DNA of 64,000 nucleotides from an uncultured Verrucomicrobiae bacterium (GCA_963836755.1 CAWIKF010000002.1:1184001-1248000), one strand, 5' to 3'; positions 13,548 through 23,647 are shown, numbered from the stretch's first letter. The notes: generated by a model not told the origin, from the letters alone. Program-made: numbers and translations.

Positions 13548-13614
13548 GCGCGGATGCTCGCGAAGAAAAACTAAATTGGCAATGGGGCCGCGCTGTTTTA
13601 ATCTCGCCAGTCGC

Positions 13615-14505
13615 ATGGCAAAAGTCGCTCTCGGAAAAGGCCTCAGCGCGCTGATCAACACGCGCGTCGTGTCGCCAACGCCGGCCGCTGAACTCGGCGA
13701 GCGTGTGCAGCTGGTGCCGCTCACGCAAATCATTCCCACGCCGTTGCAGCCGCGCACGGAATTTCGCGGCGAGCGGCTGCAGGAGCTGATCGACTCGATC
13801 CGCGAGCACGGGATCATCCAGCCTTTGATTGTTCGGCGGACTGGCGAAAAATATGAATTGATCGCGGGAGAACGCCGCTGGCGCGCGGCGCAGCAAGTCG
13901 GGCTGGCAGAGGCGCCGATCATCATTCGTTCCGCGACCGATCAGGAAGTGCTGGAGCTGGCGCTCATCGAAAATTTGCAGCGCGAGGATCTGAATCCGAT
14001 TGAGGAAGCGCTGGCCTTTTCGCGTTTAGCAAAAGAATTTCGACTGCGTCAGGAGGACATTGCACAAAAGGTCGGCAAAAGCCGCGCGGCCGTGGCGAAT
14101 AGCATGCGCCTGCTCGAGCTGCACCCGCACATTCAGAGCTGGCTGACGCAGGGCCGCGTCTCAGTGGGTCACGCGAAGGTGCTCCTTTCGCTGAAGTCGC
14201 AGGAGGAGCAACTGCTCATCGCGGAAAATGTGCTCCGCCATCAATACACCGTGCGCGCCACCGAAAAGATGGTGACGAATCATTTCACGAAACAAGGAGT
14301 CGCCCGGCCGACGCGCTCGTCGCCCGGCGCGCCCTCGCTGTCGCCGGCGATCCAGCATTTGCAAAACCGGCTGCAGCAACATCTCGCGACGCATGTGTCG
14401 CTTCACCACGGCGAGAAACGTGGGCGGTTGGAGATCGAGTATTACGGCACCGATGATCTGCAGCGGATCATCAGCGTTCTCGGGCTGCCGGCGGAAGAAG
14501 TTTGA
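13615..14505 (+). CDS. parB: ParB/Spo0J chromosome partitioning protein
   Basis: LGKGLSAL, IAGERRWRAA, ENLQREDLNPIEEA, HTH. Confidence 0.95.
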   Translation: MAKVALGKGLSALINTRVVSPTPAAELGERVQLVPLTQIIPTPLQPRTEFRGERLQELIDSIREHGIIQPLIVRRTGEKYELIAGERRWRAAQQVGLAEAPIIIRSATDQEVLELALIENLQREDLNPIEEALAFSRLAKEFRLRQEDIAQKVGKSRAAVANSMRLLELHPHIQSWLTQGRVSVGHAKVLLSLKSQEEQLLIAENVLRHQYTVRATEKMVTNHFTKQGVARPTRSSPGAPSLSPAIQHLQNRLQQHLATHVSLHHGEKRGRLEIEYYGTDDLQRIISVLGLPAEEV

Positions 14506-14531
14506 GAGTCCCGCGCGACGAATACGGAGTG

Positions 14532-15494
14532 ATGAAAGGCGGTTTGCGCCTTTTCCCGCTGCTGCTTTGTGCGTTGCTGGTCGGGTGCGGACGAAAAGCG
14601 GAAACCTCTGGCGTCAATGTTCCCGCCGAACCACCGGCATCTTCCTCGCGGGCAGACGCGACGCCGGTGCCAGAAATCTGGAACCAGTTTTCCGGCGACA
14701 AAGCGTTTACGCATGTCACATATCTGGTGAACATCGGTCCACGGCCATCCGGGTCGGCCGAGGATGGAAAAGCGCGTGCATATATCGTGGAAAATCTGCG
14801 GAAGTTTGGCTGGCAGGTGTCGGAACAAAAGTTCGACGACGCGACTCCGCGCGGGTCCGTGAGTTTCGTCAATGTGATCGCACGATACGGCGCGACTGCC
14901 ACCACGCAGCGCGCGATCGTTTGCTCGCATTTCGACACCAAAATTTTTGACACCATCCGCTTCGTCGGCGCGAGCGATGGCGGATCGAGCACTGGCGCGC
15001 TGTTAGAATTGGCCCGCGTGCTCGCGCTGGACCCGGCATTGGCGGAAAAAATCGAACTGGTTTTTTTTGACGGCGAAGAGGCCGTGTCGCAGTTCACGGA
15101 GACGGATGGGCTGTATGGCAGCCGATATTTTGCGCGACAACTTCGTGAAACAAAGCAGAACACACAGTTTCAATTTGGAATTCTCTGGGACATGATCGGC
15201 GACAAGAATCTGACGATCACGCTTTCACCGGACTCGCCGGCGAAGCTTGCGAGCGGCATCCTCGCAGCAGCCGATGCACTCCATTGCCGCGAAAATTTCT
15301 CGTATTACGATCGCGACATCTACGACGATCACGTGCCGCTGAATGTCGCGCATATCCCGTCGATCGATTTGATTGATTTCGATTATCCGCCCTGGCACAC
15401 GGCGGACGACACGCTCGATAAACTGAGCCCGGAAAGTGTGCGCAAAGTCGGCGCAGTCACCCTTTTTTACCTGCGCCAGGTTTTTCCGAAATAA
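14532..15494 (+). CDS. M28-family lipoprotein (glutaminyl cyclase / aminopeptidase-like)
   Basis: Lipobox LVGC; SHFDTK, GASDGGSS, FFDGEEA, DDH, WHT metal-binding motifs. Confidence 0.8.
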   Translation: MKGGLRLFPLLLCALLVGCGRKAETSGVNVPAEPPASSSRADATPVPEIWNQFSGDKAFTHVTYLVNIGPRPSGSAEDGKARAYIVENLRKFGWQVSEQKFDDATPRGSVSFVNVIARYGATATTQRAIVCSHFDTKIFDTIRFVGASDGGSSTGALLELARVLALDPALAEKIELVFFDGEEAVSQFTETDGLYGSRYFARQLRETKQNTQFQFGILWDMIGDKNLTITLSPDSPAKLASGILAAADALHCRENFSYYDRDIYDDHVPLNVAHIPSIDLIDFDYPPWHTADDTLDKLSPESVRKVGAVTLFYLRQVFPK

Positions 15495-15518
15495 CGCCGC
15501 GAACGGATGTCGAGCGGC

Positions 15519-15546
15519 TTGACACCCGGTTCGCACCCGCTAATTT
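15519..15546 (+). promoter_or_regulatory. Sigma70-type promoter of tRNA-Arg
   Basis: TTGACA-16 nt-TAATTT just upstream of the tRNA. Confidence 0.65.
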
Positions 15547-15560
15547 ACGCGTCTCGATTT

Positions 15561-15634
15561 GCACCCGTAGCTCAATTGGATAGAGCATCTGACTACGGAT
15601 CAGAAGGTTTGGGGTTCGAATCCCTACGGGTGCG
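15561..15634 (+). tRNA. tRNA-Arg(ACG)
   Basis: Acceptor GCACCCG/CGGGTGC, anticodon arm TCTGA-CTACGGA-TCAGA, T-loop TTCGAAT; no encoded CCA. Confidence 0.97.
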
Positions 15635-15643
15635 CTCCCTGCT

Positions 15644-16708
15644 TCACTGGAGATCGACAGGCGTCGTGAGCGGCACGGGCTGATTCCATGTCTGCTTGCC
15701 GTCGAACACCGCTGTGAAGAGATAGGTGATTCTTTGGTTTTCGATCAAAAACCACGGCCGTTCGCGGCGCACAGGCTTGAATTCAGTGCCGTCGGTCCAG
15801 CGAATCGTGTCGCTGTAGGCGATCGGTTGCGGAGCGCGATGCCAGTTTGAAACGCCGTCGTCGGAAGTCAAATGACCGCCCCAGCGCTTGTCATGGCCGG
15901 TCAGTTTGCCGCCGTTATCTTCGCAAATGAGGTGATAGGCATTGGCTTTTTTGAAAACGAAAAAGTCCTCGAGCTTTCCGTCAGGCCACAGGTTGTTGTT
16001 CGCTACGGTGTAAGGTCCTTCAAACGATTTTGCGATGGATTCACAGATGCGCAAATTCGCCGTGCGCCAGATCAACTTCACGCTGCCGTCCGGCTCGAAC
16101 CATGCCGCAGGGTTGTTCGCATCGCTGGCGAGACCGAGGTCCAGCGGCTTGTCGCGGCGCGTCCAAGGGCCGGCGACGGAAGGGGCGGTGGCAAATCCGA
16201 TCTGCCGGTAGTGAGAGCCGACATCGCTGCCGATATAGAATAAAACGAACGTGTCGCCGACTTTGTAGATGGCTGGATTGTGCGCCATGGCGCTATCCCA
16301 TTTGCCGGCGGCGCGCTTCGAGATGACCACTTCCTTGAAGGTGTATGGACCTTCGGGCGTGGATGCTTCGGCGCGCACTATCTCGGAGTTTTGCCGATAA
16401 CCTTCGGGAAACGTCGTCCTGGCAGGCCAGCGCGAAGCGAACATTTCGTAGGCGTCGCCGACTTTGATGACGGAGCCGCACCAAACGAAGTAGCCATCCA
16501 TCGAAAAACCAGTTCCTTTCGCGACCGGCGCGAACGCACCTGGCTCGATGCCTGCGGCTGAATCTTTCGCAGATTTCGGGTCGGCCGCCTTGCAATTCAC
16601 CAGCGACAGAAGTGCTGCCGCGCCGATCAGCAGCTGACGATTGATTTTGCGGAGGAAAAAACTCACGGCTGAGATTGTAGCCTCAGCCGCAATTTTCAAA
16701 TACATCAT
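15644..16708 (-). CDS. Secreted glycoside hydrolase, five-bladed beta-propeller (GH43-like clan)
   Basis: VWCGSV, AHNP, NNPA, LEDFF, RERP motifs; ATGA overlap with upstream gene. Confidence 0.75.
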   Translation of the reverse strand: MMYLKIAAEATISAVSFFLRKINRQLLIGAAALLSLVNCKAADPKSAKDSAAGIEPGAFAPVAKGTGFSMDGYFVWCGSVIKVGDAYEMFASRWPARTTFPEGYRQNSEIVRAEASTPEGPYTFKEVVISKRAAGKWDSAMAHNPAIYKVGDTFVLFYIGSDVGSHYRQIGFATAPSVAGPWTRRDKPLDLGLASDANNPAAWFEPDGSVKLIWRTANLRICESIAKSFEGPYTVANNNLWPDGKLEDFFVFKKANAYHLICEDNGGKLTGHDKRWGGHLTSDDGVSNWHRAPQPIAYSDTIRWTDGTEFKPVRRERPWFLIENQRITYLFTAVFDGKQTWNQPVPLTTPVDLQ

Positions 16709-18171
16709 TTTGCGCTGAGAAAGTGCACGATGATGGCGGCAGTTGGCGGCACTTCGACGCTCGCGCTCTGACCAGATCCGGTTTTCGCCGCTTCCCATTT
16801 GCCATGCCAAACGCCTTTCGCTTCGATCGGCGCGCCGCCGAGTGTGATATCGGTTTGGGCGGTGATGTCATTATTTTTTTGCGCCAAAACCATCTGCTTC
16901 GCTCCAGCGCGAGTGGTGCCGGACGGCAATTGCAGCGAAACCGTAATCGGCGCTGAATTCTCGCCAAAAGTTTTGTTGATCAGCGTCACGTAAACAGACT
17001 CATCATTGGCGCGATAGGCGTAAGCGGTGAAGTGGTCGGTCGCGGTTGTCGTCATCTGCACGGTGAGTGGCCGGCCCAACGCGCTCTGCGTGAAAGCTAG
17101 GTATCCATACGACGGCGGCCTGATCTCGAAACCGTTGCCACCGCGGAGATGCAAAAAAGCCGAGTAGTTTTGCGCGACGACGTCGCCATTCTCGAGCGTG
17201 CGTTCGCCGGTGTGGTAATTCAGCCCGAGCATATGGCGCGCCGCCCACCAATGGCTCGCATCGAGCGCCCATATCGAGGCGGCATAGGTGTCGCTGATGC
17301 CTTTTGCGCCGCCGTGGAAGCAGTTATTTAGCTCATCGATTCGATAGGGAATGCCCTTTGCCGTCAGCTTGCTCCCGACCGCGGCGAACTCCTTCGCGAA
17401 TTGTGAGTCTGCAGCATTGGAAAAAAAACGGGCACGGGTTTTATCCAAAGCATTCTCAGCGTCGCGACCGTTGCCCATTACATAATAGTGGTCGCTGATC
17501 ATCGCCATGTGGCCGCCCGGAAACATCGCGTCCGCCAGCTTCTCGGGAAAAAGGTTCTTGCTCCCGGCGTAAACGCTCGGTCCGTCGAACATCGCGTGCG
17601 GCACCCCTTTCAGAATCGCATCGTAATGCGGTTTCCAATCCGCGAAATAGGCGTCGAAGGTCTTGTCGTAAGCGTTGGGCTCGTTTCCAATCGAGTAGCA
17701 GTCGAGCGCGTCGGCGTCGTGCGCGGCGATATAGCTGGCCAGACGCGCGGACACAGCCGGATCACCATTCTTCAGGCGGAAAGAGTAGATCACCTTCACT
17801 CCGGCAGCGCGGGCAAAAGCGAAAAAAGCATCGATGTCCTTTTCCTGCGGCACGGGAATTTCAGGACTATCGACCGCGTTGGCCCCGACGCGCAGGCTCT
17901 TGATTCCCAAGGTTCGGAAGGTGTTGATTAGCGCCTGATCTTTGGCGTCAAAGTAGTATTTTCCGTTCCGCGGCAGGAGGGCTGACATTTCGTAGCTCAG
18001 TCCCATGAAAAGCGGAGAAATCTTCGTGCCCTTTCCGTCGTCATCGATGACTACTTTTGCGGTGGCAGGCGAAGGTTGAGACCAACCGGAAGTCGAGCTG
18101 ATGAAACTAAAAACTAGCGCAACGAAAAGCGCTCTGCTCCATGCGATGGCTGCGGGGGAAAATGCCTTCAT
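16705..18171 (-). CDS. Secreted glycoside hydrolase, GH79-like
   Basis: Signal peptide, GLSYE, IGNEP acid/base, RIDELNN.FHGG nucleophile region. Confidence 0.75.
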   Translation of the reverse strand: MKAFSPAAIAWSRALFVALVFSFISSTSGWSQPSPATAKVVIDDDGKGTKISPLFMGLSYEMSALLPRNGKYYFDAKDQALINTFRTLGIKSLRVGANAVDSPEIPVPQEKDIDAFFAFARAAGVKVIYSFRLKNGDPAVSARLASYIAAHDADALDCYSIGNEPNAYDKTFDAYFADWKPHYDAILKGVPHAMFDGPSVYAGSKNLFPEKLADAMFPGGHMAMISDHYYVMGNGRDAENALDKTRARFFSNAADSQFAKEFAAVGSKLTAKGIPYRIDELNNCFHGGAKGISDTYAASIWALDASHWWAARHMLGLNYHTGERTLENGDVVAQNYSAFLHLRGGNGFEIRPPSYGYLAFTQSALGRPLTVQMTTTATDHFTAYAYRANDESVYVTLINKTFGENSAPITVSLQLPSGTTRAGAKQMVLAQKNNDITAQTDITLGGAPIEAKGVWHGKWEAAKTGSGQSASVEVPPTAAIIVHFLSAK

Positions 18172-18260
18172 AGCTTAGAAATAAGAGGCTGTCGTGCGAA
18201 TCAACAGCGCAAACTTTGAACACATTCAAGCCACCTGCGACCCGCGCGCGCGAGCAAAAG

Positions 18261-20504
18261 TTACATCAACTTATCCAGCGTGATCGGCAGATCGCGGACG
18301 CGGCGGCCGGTCGCATGGAACACAGCGTTCGCGATCGCGGCGGGCGAGCCAGTGATCCCGATTTCGCCCATGCCGCGCGCGCCCATCGGATTGAATGCGT
18401 AGTCAGGCTCTCCGACGAAATGCACTTCGATGTCCGGCACGTCGGCATTCACCGGCACGTGATAATCGGCAAGGTTTCGCGTCGCCGGCAGGCCAGTCGC
18501 TGGATCCAAAACCGTCTCCTCTTCCAGCGCCATCCCGATTCCCATGACCACGCCGCCAAGGATTTGGCTGCGCGCCGTTTTGGCGTTGATGACGCGCCCG
18601 CAATCCATCACGGAGACGATGCGCGAGACCTGGACGCGCGGCAGCGCGGGATCAATTACTACTTCACAAAAATGGGCGCCGAACGATTGATGCGCCATCG
18701 ACTTGCTCGATTCCGACGCTTTGAAGCTTCCTTTGCCCTCGATCGAATCCATTCCGGCGCGTTTCAAAATATTCGCAAACGTGTCGCTCTTGTCCCTCTC
18801 TTTTTCGCCGGTGAGTTGGCCGGGAATGGCCATCACCAGATGCGCCGGGTCCATCCCATGCAAAGGCGACTGCGAATCCTTCGCGGCAACGGCGGCAAGG
18901 TTTTGATGCAAAGTTTTCGCCGCGTCGTGTATCGCCGATCCGACGGTCGCGGTCGTGTTTGATCCACCGGCGACGGGGCCGAACGGCAGATCGGAATTGC
19001 CGAGTTCAAACTTCACTTTTTCCACAGGCAGCCCAATCGCTTCCGCGCTGATTTGCGTCAGCACGGTGTATGCGCCGGTGCCGAGATCTTGCGCGGCGCA
19101 TTTTACCTCGGCCGTGCCGTCGGCGCGGAGATTGATGCTCACATCGGCGGCCATCGTGTGTGCCGGATAGGTTGCGGTCGCCATTCCCCAGCCGACCAGC
19201 AATCCATTTCGCTGCATCGAGCGAGGCTCGGGCGTGCGCCTCGACCAGCCGAACTTTTCCGCGCCGACCTGATACGCCTCCTTGAGATGTTTCGTGCTCC
19301 ACGGCTTGCCGTTCGTCGGATGGACATCGGAGTGATTCACGAGCCGCAACTGCACCGGATCCATCTTCAATGCGACGGCCAATTCATCCATCGCGCTCTC
19401 GAGACCGAAAGTGCCGGGACACTCGCCGGGCGCGCGCATGAAAGTCGGCGTCGCCACATTCACCTTGAAAACTTTTTCCTCAATCCGGATCGACGGGCTC
19501 GCATAAATCACGCCCGTCGAGCGCGAGCCAACGCTTTCGACGTAGTCGCCCACGTGCGAGCTCAGCGTCTCGCTGCGATGCCGCATTCCCTGCAATTTTC
19601 CGTCATGCGTCGCCGCGAGCGCGATGTGCTGCGTGGTCGGTGTGCGATGGCCGGTGCAGGTGAACATGTCGCGCCGCGAGACCGCGAATTTTACTGGCGC
19701 GTTCGCGGACTTTGCCGCCATCGCCGCGAGGATCACATGCGGCCAGACCGCGCCTTTGCAGCCAAACGCGCCGCCGACGAATGGGCTGAGCACGCGCACA
19801 TTTTCGCGCGGCAAATCGAAAACTTTCGCGAGCACATCCTGCACGCCTTTCACATATTGCGTCGCGTCGTGCAGCGTGAGCCGATCGGCCGCAACCCACT
19901 GCGCGAGCGTCGCCGACGGCTCCATCGGATTGTGCGTCTCCTGCGGCGTCGTGTAGGTATTTTCGACGATGACAAAACTCCTGTCGGCCAGCGCTTTTTC
20001 CGCGTCGCCCTTGTCCGTTTGCACCGGCTCGCCTTTGTTCTTGTCCGGTTTTTTCTCGGGAATTCCCTCCGCGTGATGGTTCAAATCCGGCGGCGATTCT
20101 TCGTAGCGAACTTTGATGATCGAAGCCGCGAAATGCGCTTGTTCGAGCGTGTCAGCCGCGACGAATGCGATGTATTGGCCGCCGTAGTAAACCTTGTCGT
20201 CCGCGAGCGGCAGCCGCTCCTCGTTCCGAATCCCGCCGCCCTGTTGCTGGCGGTCTTTGTGTGCGCTCGGGTCATGGAGTTTTGGTGCGTTTAAATGCGT
20301 GAGCACCAGCCGCACACCGGGCGCGCCTTCCGCGGCGGAGGTATCGATGCTTGCGACGCGGCCGTTCGAAATGCTGCTCGTCAACGCGAACCCGTGCAGC
20401 ATTTTTGGCGCGTCAAATTCCGCCGCGTATTTCGCCATGCCCTCGACCTTCGGGCGGCCGTCCACGCGGTTGATCGGTTTGCCGAGAATGTTGGGATCGC
20501 TCAT
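18261..20504 (-). CDS. Xanthine dehydrogenase family molybdopterin-binding subunit (PaoC/YagR-like)
   Basis: HNPMEP, GGAFGCK, FMRAPGE, QDLGTG, GMGEIG. Confidence 0.93.
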   Translation of the reverse strand: MSDPNILGKPINRVDGRPKVEGMAKYAAEFDAPKMLHGFALTSSISNGRVASIDTSAAEGAPGVRLVLTHLNAPKLHDPSAHKDRQQQGGGIRNEERLPLADDKVYYGGQYIAFVAADTLEQAHFAASIIKVRYEESPPDLNHHAEGIPEKKPDKNKGEPVQTDKGDAEKALADRSFVIVENTYTTPQETHNPMEPSATLAQWVAADRLTLHDATQYVKGVQDVLAKVFDLPRENVRVLSPFVGGAFGCKGAVWPHVILAAMAAKSANAPVKFAVSRRDMFTCTGHRTPTTQHIALAATHDGKLQGMRHRSETLSSHVGDYVESVGSRSTGVIYASPSIRIEEKVFKVNVATPTFMRAPGECPGTFGLESAMDELAVALKMDPVQLRLVNHSDVHPTNGKPWSTKHLKEAYQVGAEKFGWSRRTPEPRSMQRNGLLVGWGMATATYPAHTMAADVSINLRADGTAEVKCAAQDLGTGAYTVLTQISAEAIGLPVEKVKFELGNSDLPFGPVAGGSNTTATVGSAIHDAAKTLHQNLAAVAAKDSQSPLHGMDPAHLVMAIPGQLTGEKERDKSDTFANILKRAGMDSIEGKGSFKASESSKSMAHQSFGAHFCEVVIDPALPRVQVSRIVSVMDCGRVINAKTARSQILGGVVMGIGMALEEETVLDPATGLPATRNLADYHVPVNADVPDIEVHFVGEPDYAFNPMGARGMGEIGITGSPAAIANAVFHATGRRVRDLPITLDKLM

Positions 20505-21493
20505 GCCTTGGCCGCGACGGTCGTGAGCGCGCGGACGATGCTGCGCTTCGCGAGTTCGATTTTAAACGAGTTGTGTTGGTAACCTTTGGCATCCGCCAAT
20601 TCGGCCTCGGCTGCCGCGCGAAACGTCTGTTCATCAGGCTTCGCGCCGATCAGCTTCTGCTCCGCCTTGCTCGCGCGCCAAGGTTTCATTGCGACGCCGC
20701 CAAGCGCGACGCGCGCGGATTTGATCGAGCCGCCGTCCAGTTCGAGAGCCGCCGCGACGCTGACCAAAGCGAACGCGTAACTCGCGCGGTCGCGCATTTT
20801 CAAATAATGCGAATTCGCCGCAAATGGCAGCGCCGGCAGATCGACCGCGGTGATGATTTCATCCGGCGCGAGCGTCGTCTCGATCTGCGGCGTGTCGCCC
20901 GGCAGCCGATGAAAATCTTGCATCGCAATCTCGCGCTCACCACGCGGTCCGCTCACGCGCACGACCGCATCGAGCGCCATGAGCGCGACGCACATATCAC
21001 TCGGGTTCGTCGCGATGCACTGGTCGCTTTGGCCGAGAATTGCGTGGATTCGATTGTAGCCGTGGAGCGCTCCGCAGCCGCTGCCGGGCGCGCGTTTGTT
21101 GCACGATGGAAATGCCGGATCGTAAAAATAATAGCAGCGCGTGCGTTGCAAAAGATTGCCGCCGACCGTCGCCATGTTTCGCAACTGCGGACTCGCGCCG
21201 GACAAAAAAGCTTCGCTCAAAACGGGATAATTTCTCGTGATGAGCGGATGCTCCGCCACGTCGGAATTGCGAGCGAGCGCGCCGATGCGCACGCCTTTGC
21301 CGTCCGGCAGTTCCTCCACTTTTGTCAGCGGCAGCCGCGTGATATCGACGAGTTGATCTGGAGCCTCGACCCCCATTTTCATCAGGTCGATCAAGTTTGT
21401 CCCGCCGCCAAGCAGCTTCGCATGCGGCTTTGCGGAAAGCGTGCCAACAGCCTGCTGAACATCCGTGGCGCGGGCGTAAGTGAATGGGTTCAC
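20501..21493 (-). CDS. FAD-binding subunit (PaoB/YagS-like)
   Basis: GGGTNLIDL, SPQLRNMAT, Cys cluster RCYYF..CNKR..GC..QC; GTG start overlaps upstream stop. Confidence 0.92.
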   Translation of the reverse strand: MNPFTYARATDVQQAVGTLSAKPHAKLLGGGTNLIDLMKMGVEAPDQLVDITRLPLTKVEELPDGKGVRIGALARNSDVAEHPLITRNYPVLSEAFLSGASPQLRNMATVGGNLLQRTRCYYFYDPAFPSCNKRAPGSGCGALHGYNRIHAILGQSDQCIATNPSDMCVALMALDAVVRVSGPRGEREIAMQDFHRLPGDTPQIETTLAPDEIITAVDLPALPFAANSHYLKMRDRASYAFALVSVAAALELDGGSIKSARVALGGVAMKPWRASKAEQKLIGAKPDEQTFRAAAEAELADAKGYQHNSFKIELAKRSIVRALTTVAAKA

Positions 21494-22146
21494 GCGTTCG
21501 CTCCCATCTTCGTTTGCGCCTCTTTGATCGCCGCGACGATGTTCGTGTAAGCGCCGCAGCGGCAGATATTCCCGCTCATCCATTCGCGGATTTCCCCGTC
21601 GCTCCGCGCGTGCCCTTCTTTCAAAAGCGCGACGGCCGAGCAAATTTGCCCCGGGGTGCAATAGCCGCACTGGAAGCCGTCGTGCTCGATGAACGCCGCC
21701 TGCACGGGATGCAATTCGTCGCCGTGCGCGAGTCCCTCGATCGTCGTTATTTCATCGCCCTCGTGCGTCACGGCGAGGCTGAGACACGAGTTGATGCGCC
21801 GGCCGTTGACGAGCACCGTGCACGCGCCGCACTGGCCGTGGTCGCAACCTTTTTTGGTGCCGGTTAAATCGAGCCGCTCGCGCAGCGCATCGAGCAGACT
21901 CACTCGCGGATCAAGCTCCAGAGCGTGTTCCGAGCCATTGATTTTCAGTGTGAGCTTCACCGTCGCCGCGCCTTCGAGCGCGGGCGTTGGGGCGGCGGAC
22001 ATTTTAAAAAGTTGGCCGCCGAGCGAAATCGCCGCGCCCGCGACGCCGACTTTTTTGATGAAAGTGCGGCGCGATTCCGTGTGGCGGGGGAGGTCGGATT
22101 CGCGGCCGACGCGCGAGCCGGAAAATCTGAAACCGTCTTCAGTCAC
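21490..22146 (-). CDS. [2Fe-2S] subunit with Tat signal (PaoA/YagT-like)
   Basis: SRRTFIK twin-arginine motif; GCDHGQCGAC, QCGYC, ICRC. Confidence 0.93.
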   Translation of the reverse strand: MTEDGFRFSGSRVGRESDLPRHTESRRTFIKKVGVAGAAISLGGQLFKMSAAPTPALEGAATVKLTLKINGSEHALELDPRVSLLDALRERLDLTGTKKGCDHGQCGACTVLVNGRRINSCLSLAVTHEGDEITTIEGLAHGDELHPVQAAFIEHDGFQCGYCTPGQICSAVALLKEGHARSDGEIREWMSGNICRCGAYTNIVAAIKEAQTKMGANA

Positions 22147-22742
22147 CCCTGCATTTCGTGGCTCGCAGCGACGGTGGATTTACAAAATCTTTCGTAGTCG
22201 CGCACCTCATCGATATCGAATTCGCCGTCGGGAAAATCGAGCGCGGTCACTTCCGCCGCATGCTCCGCGAGAAGCGGCTTCGCGCCTTGATCGCCGTGCA
22301 GCTCGAGCAACTCATCAAAAAACTTCCGCTCGAAAAAAACCGGCGAGCCGATGCTGCCGCCATAAGCCGAAGCGGCAATCGGCGCGTGCGCCGTCATCAA
22401 TCGATCGAGGTGCGCGCGCGAAATCATCGGCTGGTCGCAAAGTAAGATCAGCACCGCGTCCGCCTCGTCGCGCACGCTCGCCACGCCCGCGCGAATCGAC
22501 GACGCGATTCCCTCGCTCCAATTTTTGTTTTCAATAATCCGCACCGGCGAGCCGACGACCGCCTCCGCGCATTTTTTCGAAAACGCTCCGAGCACCACGA
22601 CCACAAGATCGGCCTGCGACTCGAGCGCGATGTCAGTCACGTGCGCGAGCAGTGATTGCCCGGCGACCGGCAGTAATTGCTTGGGACTTCCGAGCCGCGA
22701 CGAGCTGCCGGCGGCTAGAATCAATGCAGCGCAACGGTGCAT
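22143..22742 (-). CDS. Molybdenum cofactor cytidylyltransferase (MocA-like)
   Basis: ILAAGSSSRLGSPKQLL, LCDQP, GDQGAK. Confidence 0.85.
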   Translation of the reverse strand: MHRCAALILAAGSSSRLGSPKQLLPVAGQSLLAHVTDIALESQADLVVVVLGAFSKKCAEAVVGSPVRIIENKNWSEGIASSIRAGVASVRDEADAVLILLCDQPMISRAHLDRLMTAHAPIAASAYGGSIGSPVFFERKFFDELLELHGDQGAKPLLAEHAAEVTALDFPDGEFDIDEVRDYERFCKSTVAASHEMQG

Positions 22743-23647
22743 GAATGCGCAACCTCGTGAATCGGTCGGCGGCAATCGCGCAAAAAACCGCCGCCATGAT
22801 TTGCCATCGCCGCTTGAATTTCCGCGACGATCGACAGCGCGATTTCGTCCGGTGATTCTGCGCCGACATCGAGTCCGGCTGGTCCGTAAAAATGATGCAG
22901 CGCCGAGTTCACCGGCAGCAATCCGGCCGTCATCAGCGCGTTGAGCAGCTCGCTTTTTCGCCGCCGCGAACCGAGCAGGCCGATGTATCCGAACGGCTTC
23001 GGAAGCGCGCATTGCAGCGCGGCAAAGTCGCGCCCGAAATGATGATTTTTCACGATGACGGCAGTGCGCGCATCGGGCTCAAGCGTCATCGCATCGGGGC
23101 GTTCGAGCAGCATCGCGTCCCAGCCGAGCAGTCGCGAAAAACAAAGCAGCTCGTCCGTCCCGGCGCTGTCACCGAAGATGACGAGCCGAACCGGCGGCGC
23201 GATGATTTCCTGGAATCCCTCCATTCCCGCGGGGCAAAGTTCCTGCGGATACGATGCGCGGAGCGGCGAGTTTTCAAAAACGACCGCTACTCGTGCCGGT
23301 TGTCGCTTCGCGAAACATTGTGCGACGTATTTTAAAAACGCGTTTCCCGGCTCGATGCGCTCGACGAACACCTCAATCGTCCCGTGGCAGCCGAAACGCT
23401 TCAACGTATCGATCGGAAATAACTCCGGCACGCCGGATGCGATCACGGGCAGCGCGCGTTGCGCAATTTCCTCCTCGATGCAGCCGCCGCTCAACGTGCC
23501 GACCGTTTGCCCGTCCGCAAATATCAGCATTCGCGCGCCGGGTTTGCGATAGCTCGAGCCGGTCGTCCGCACAATCGTCGCCAGCGCCATGTGCTCGCGC
23601 GCGCCGGCGAACGCTTCGAGGATTCTGCGCAGCTCTTTCATGGACAT
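22721..23647 (-). CDS. XdhC/CoxI family Moco chaperone
   Basis: GSSYRKPGARM, LSGGCIE, PAGLDVGAESPDEIALSI. Confidence 0.9.
   Translation of the reverse strand: MSMKELRRILEAFAGAREHMALATIVRTTGSSYRKPGARMLIFADGQTVGTLSGGCIEEEIAQRALPVIASGVPELFPIDTLKRFGCHGTIEVFVERIEPGNAFLKYVAQCFAKRQPARVAVVFENSPLRASYPQELCPAGMEGFQEIIAPPVRLVIFGDSAGTDELLCFSRLLGWDAMLLERPDAMTLEPDARTAVIVKNHHFGRDFAALQCALPKPFGYIGLLGSRRRKSELLNALMTAGLLPVNSALHHFYGPAGLDVGAESPDEIALSIVAEIQAAMANHGGGFLRDCRRPIHEVAHSCTVALH

Noticed and set aside
13548..13925. Extension of the lipoate ligase ORF to 346 aa
   Set aside because: Antisense to parB; family similarity starts only near 13547
13615..14505. Plasmid or prophage partition locus
   Set aside because: Chromosomal Spo0J-type ParB among housekeeping genes; no parA, rep or parS nearby
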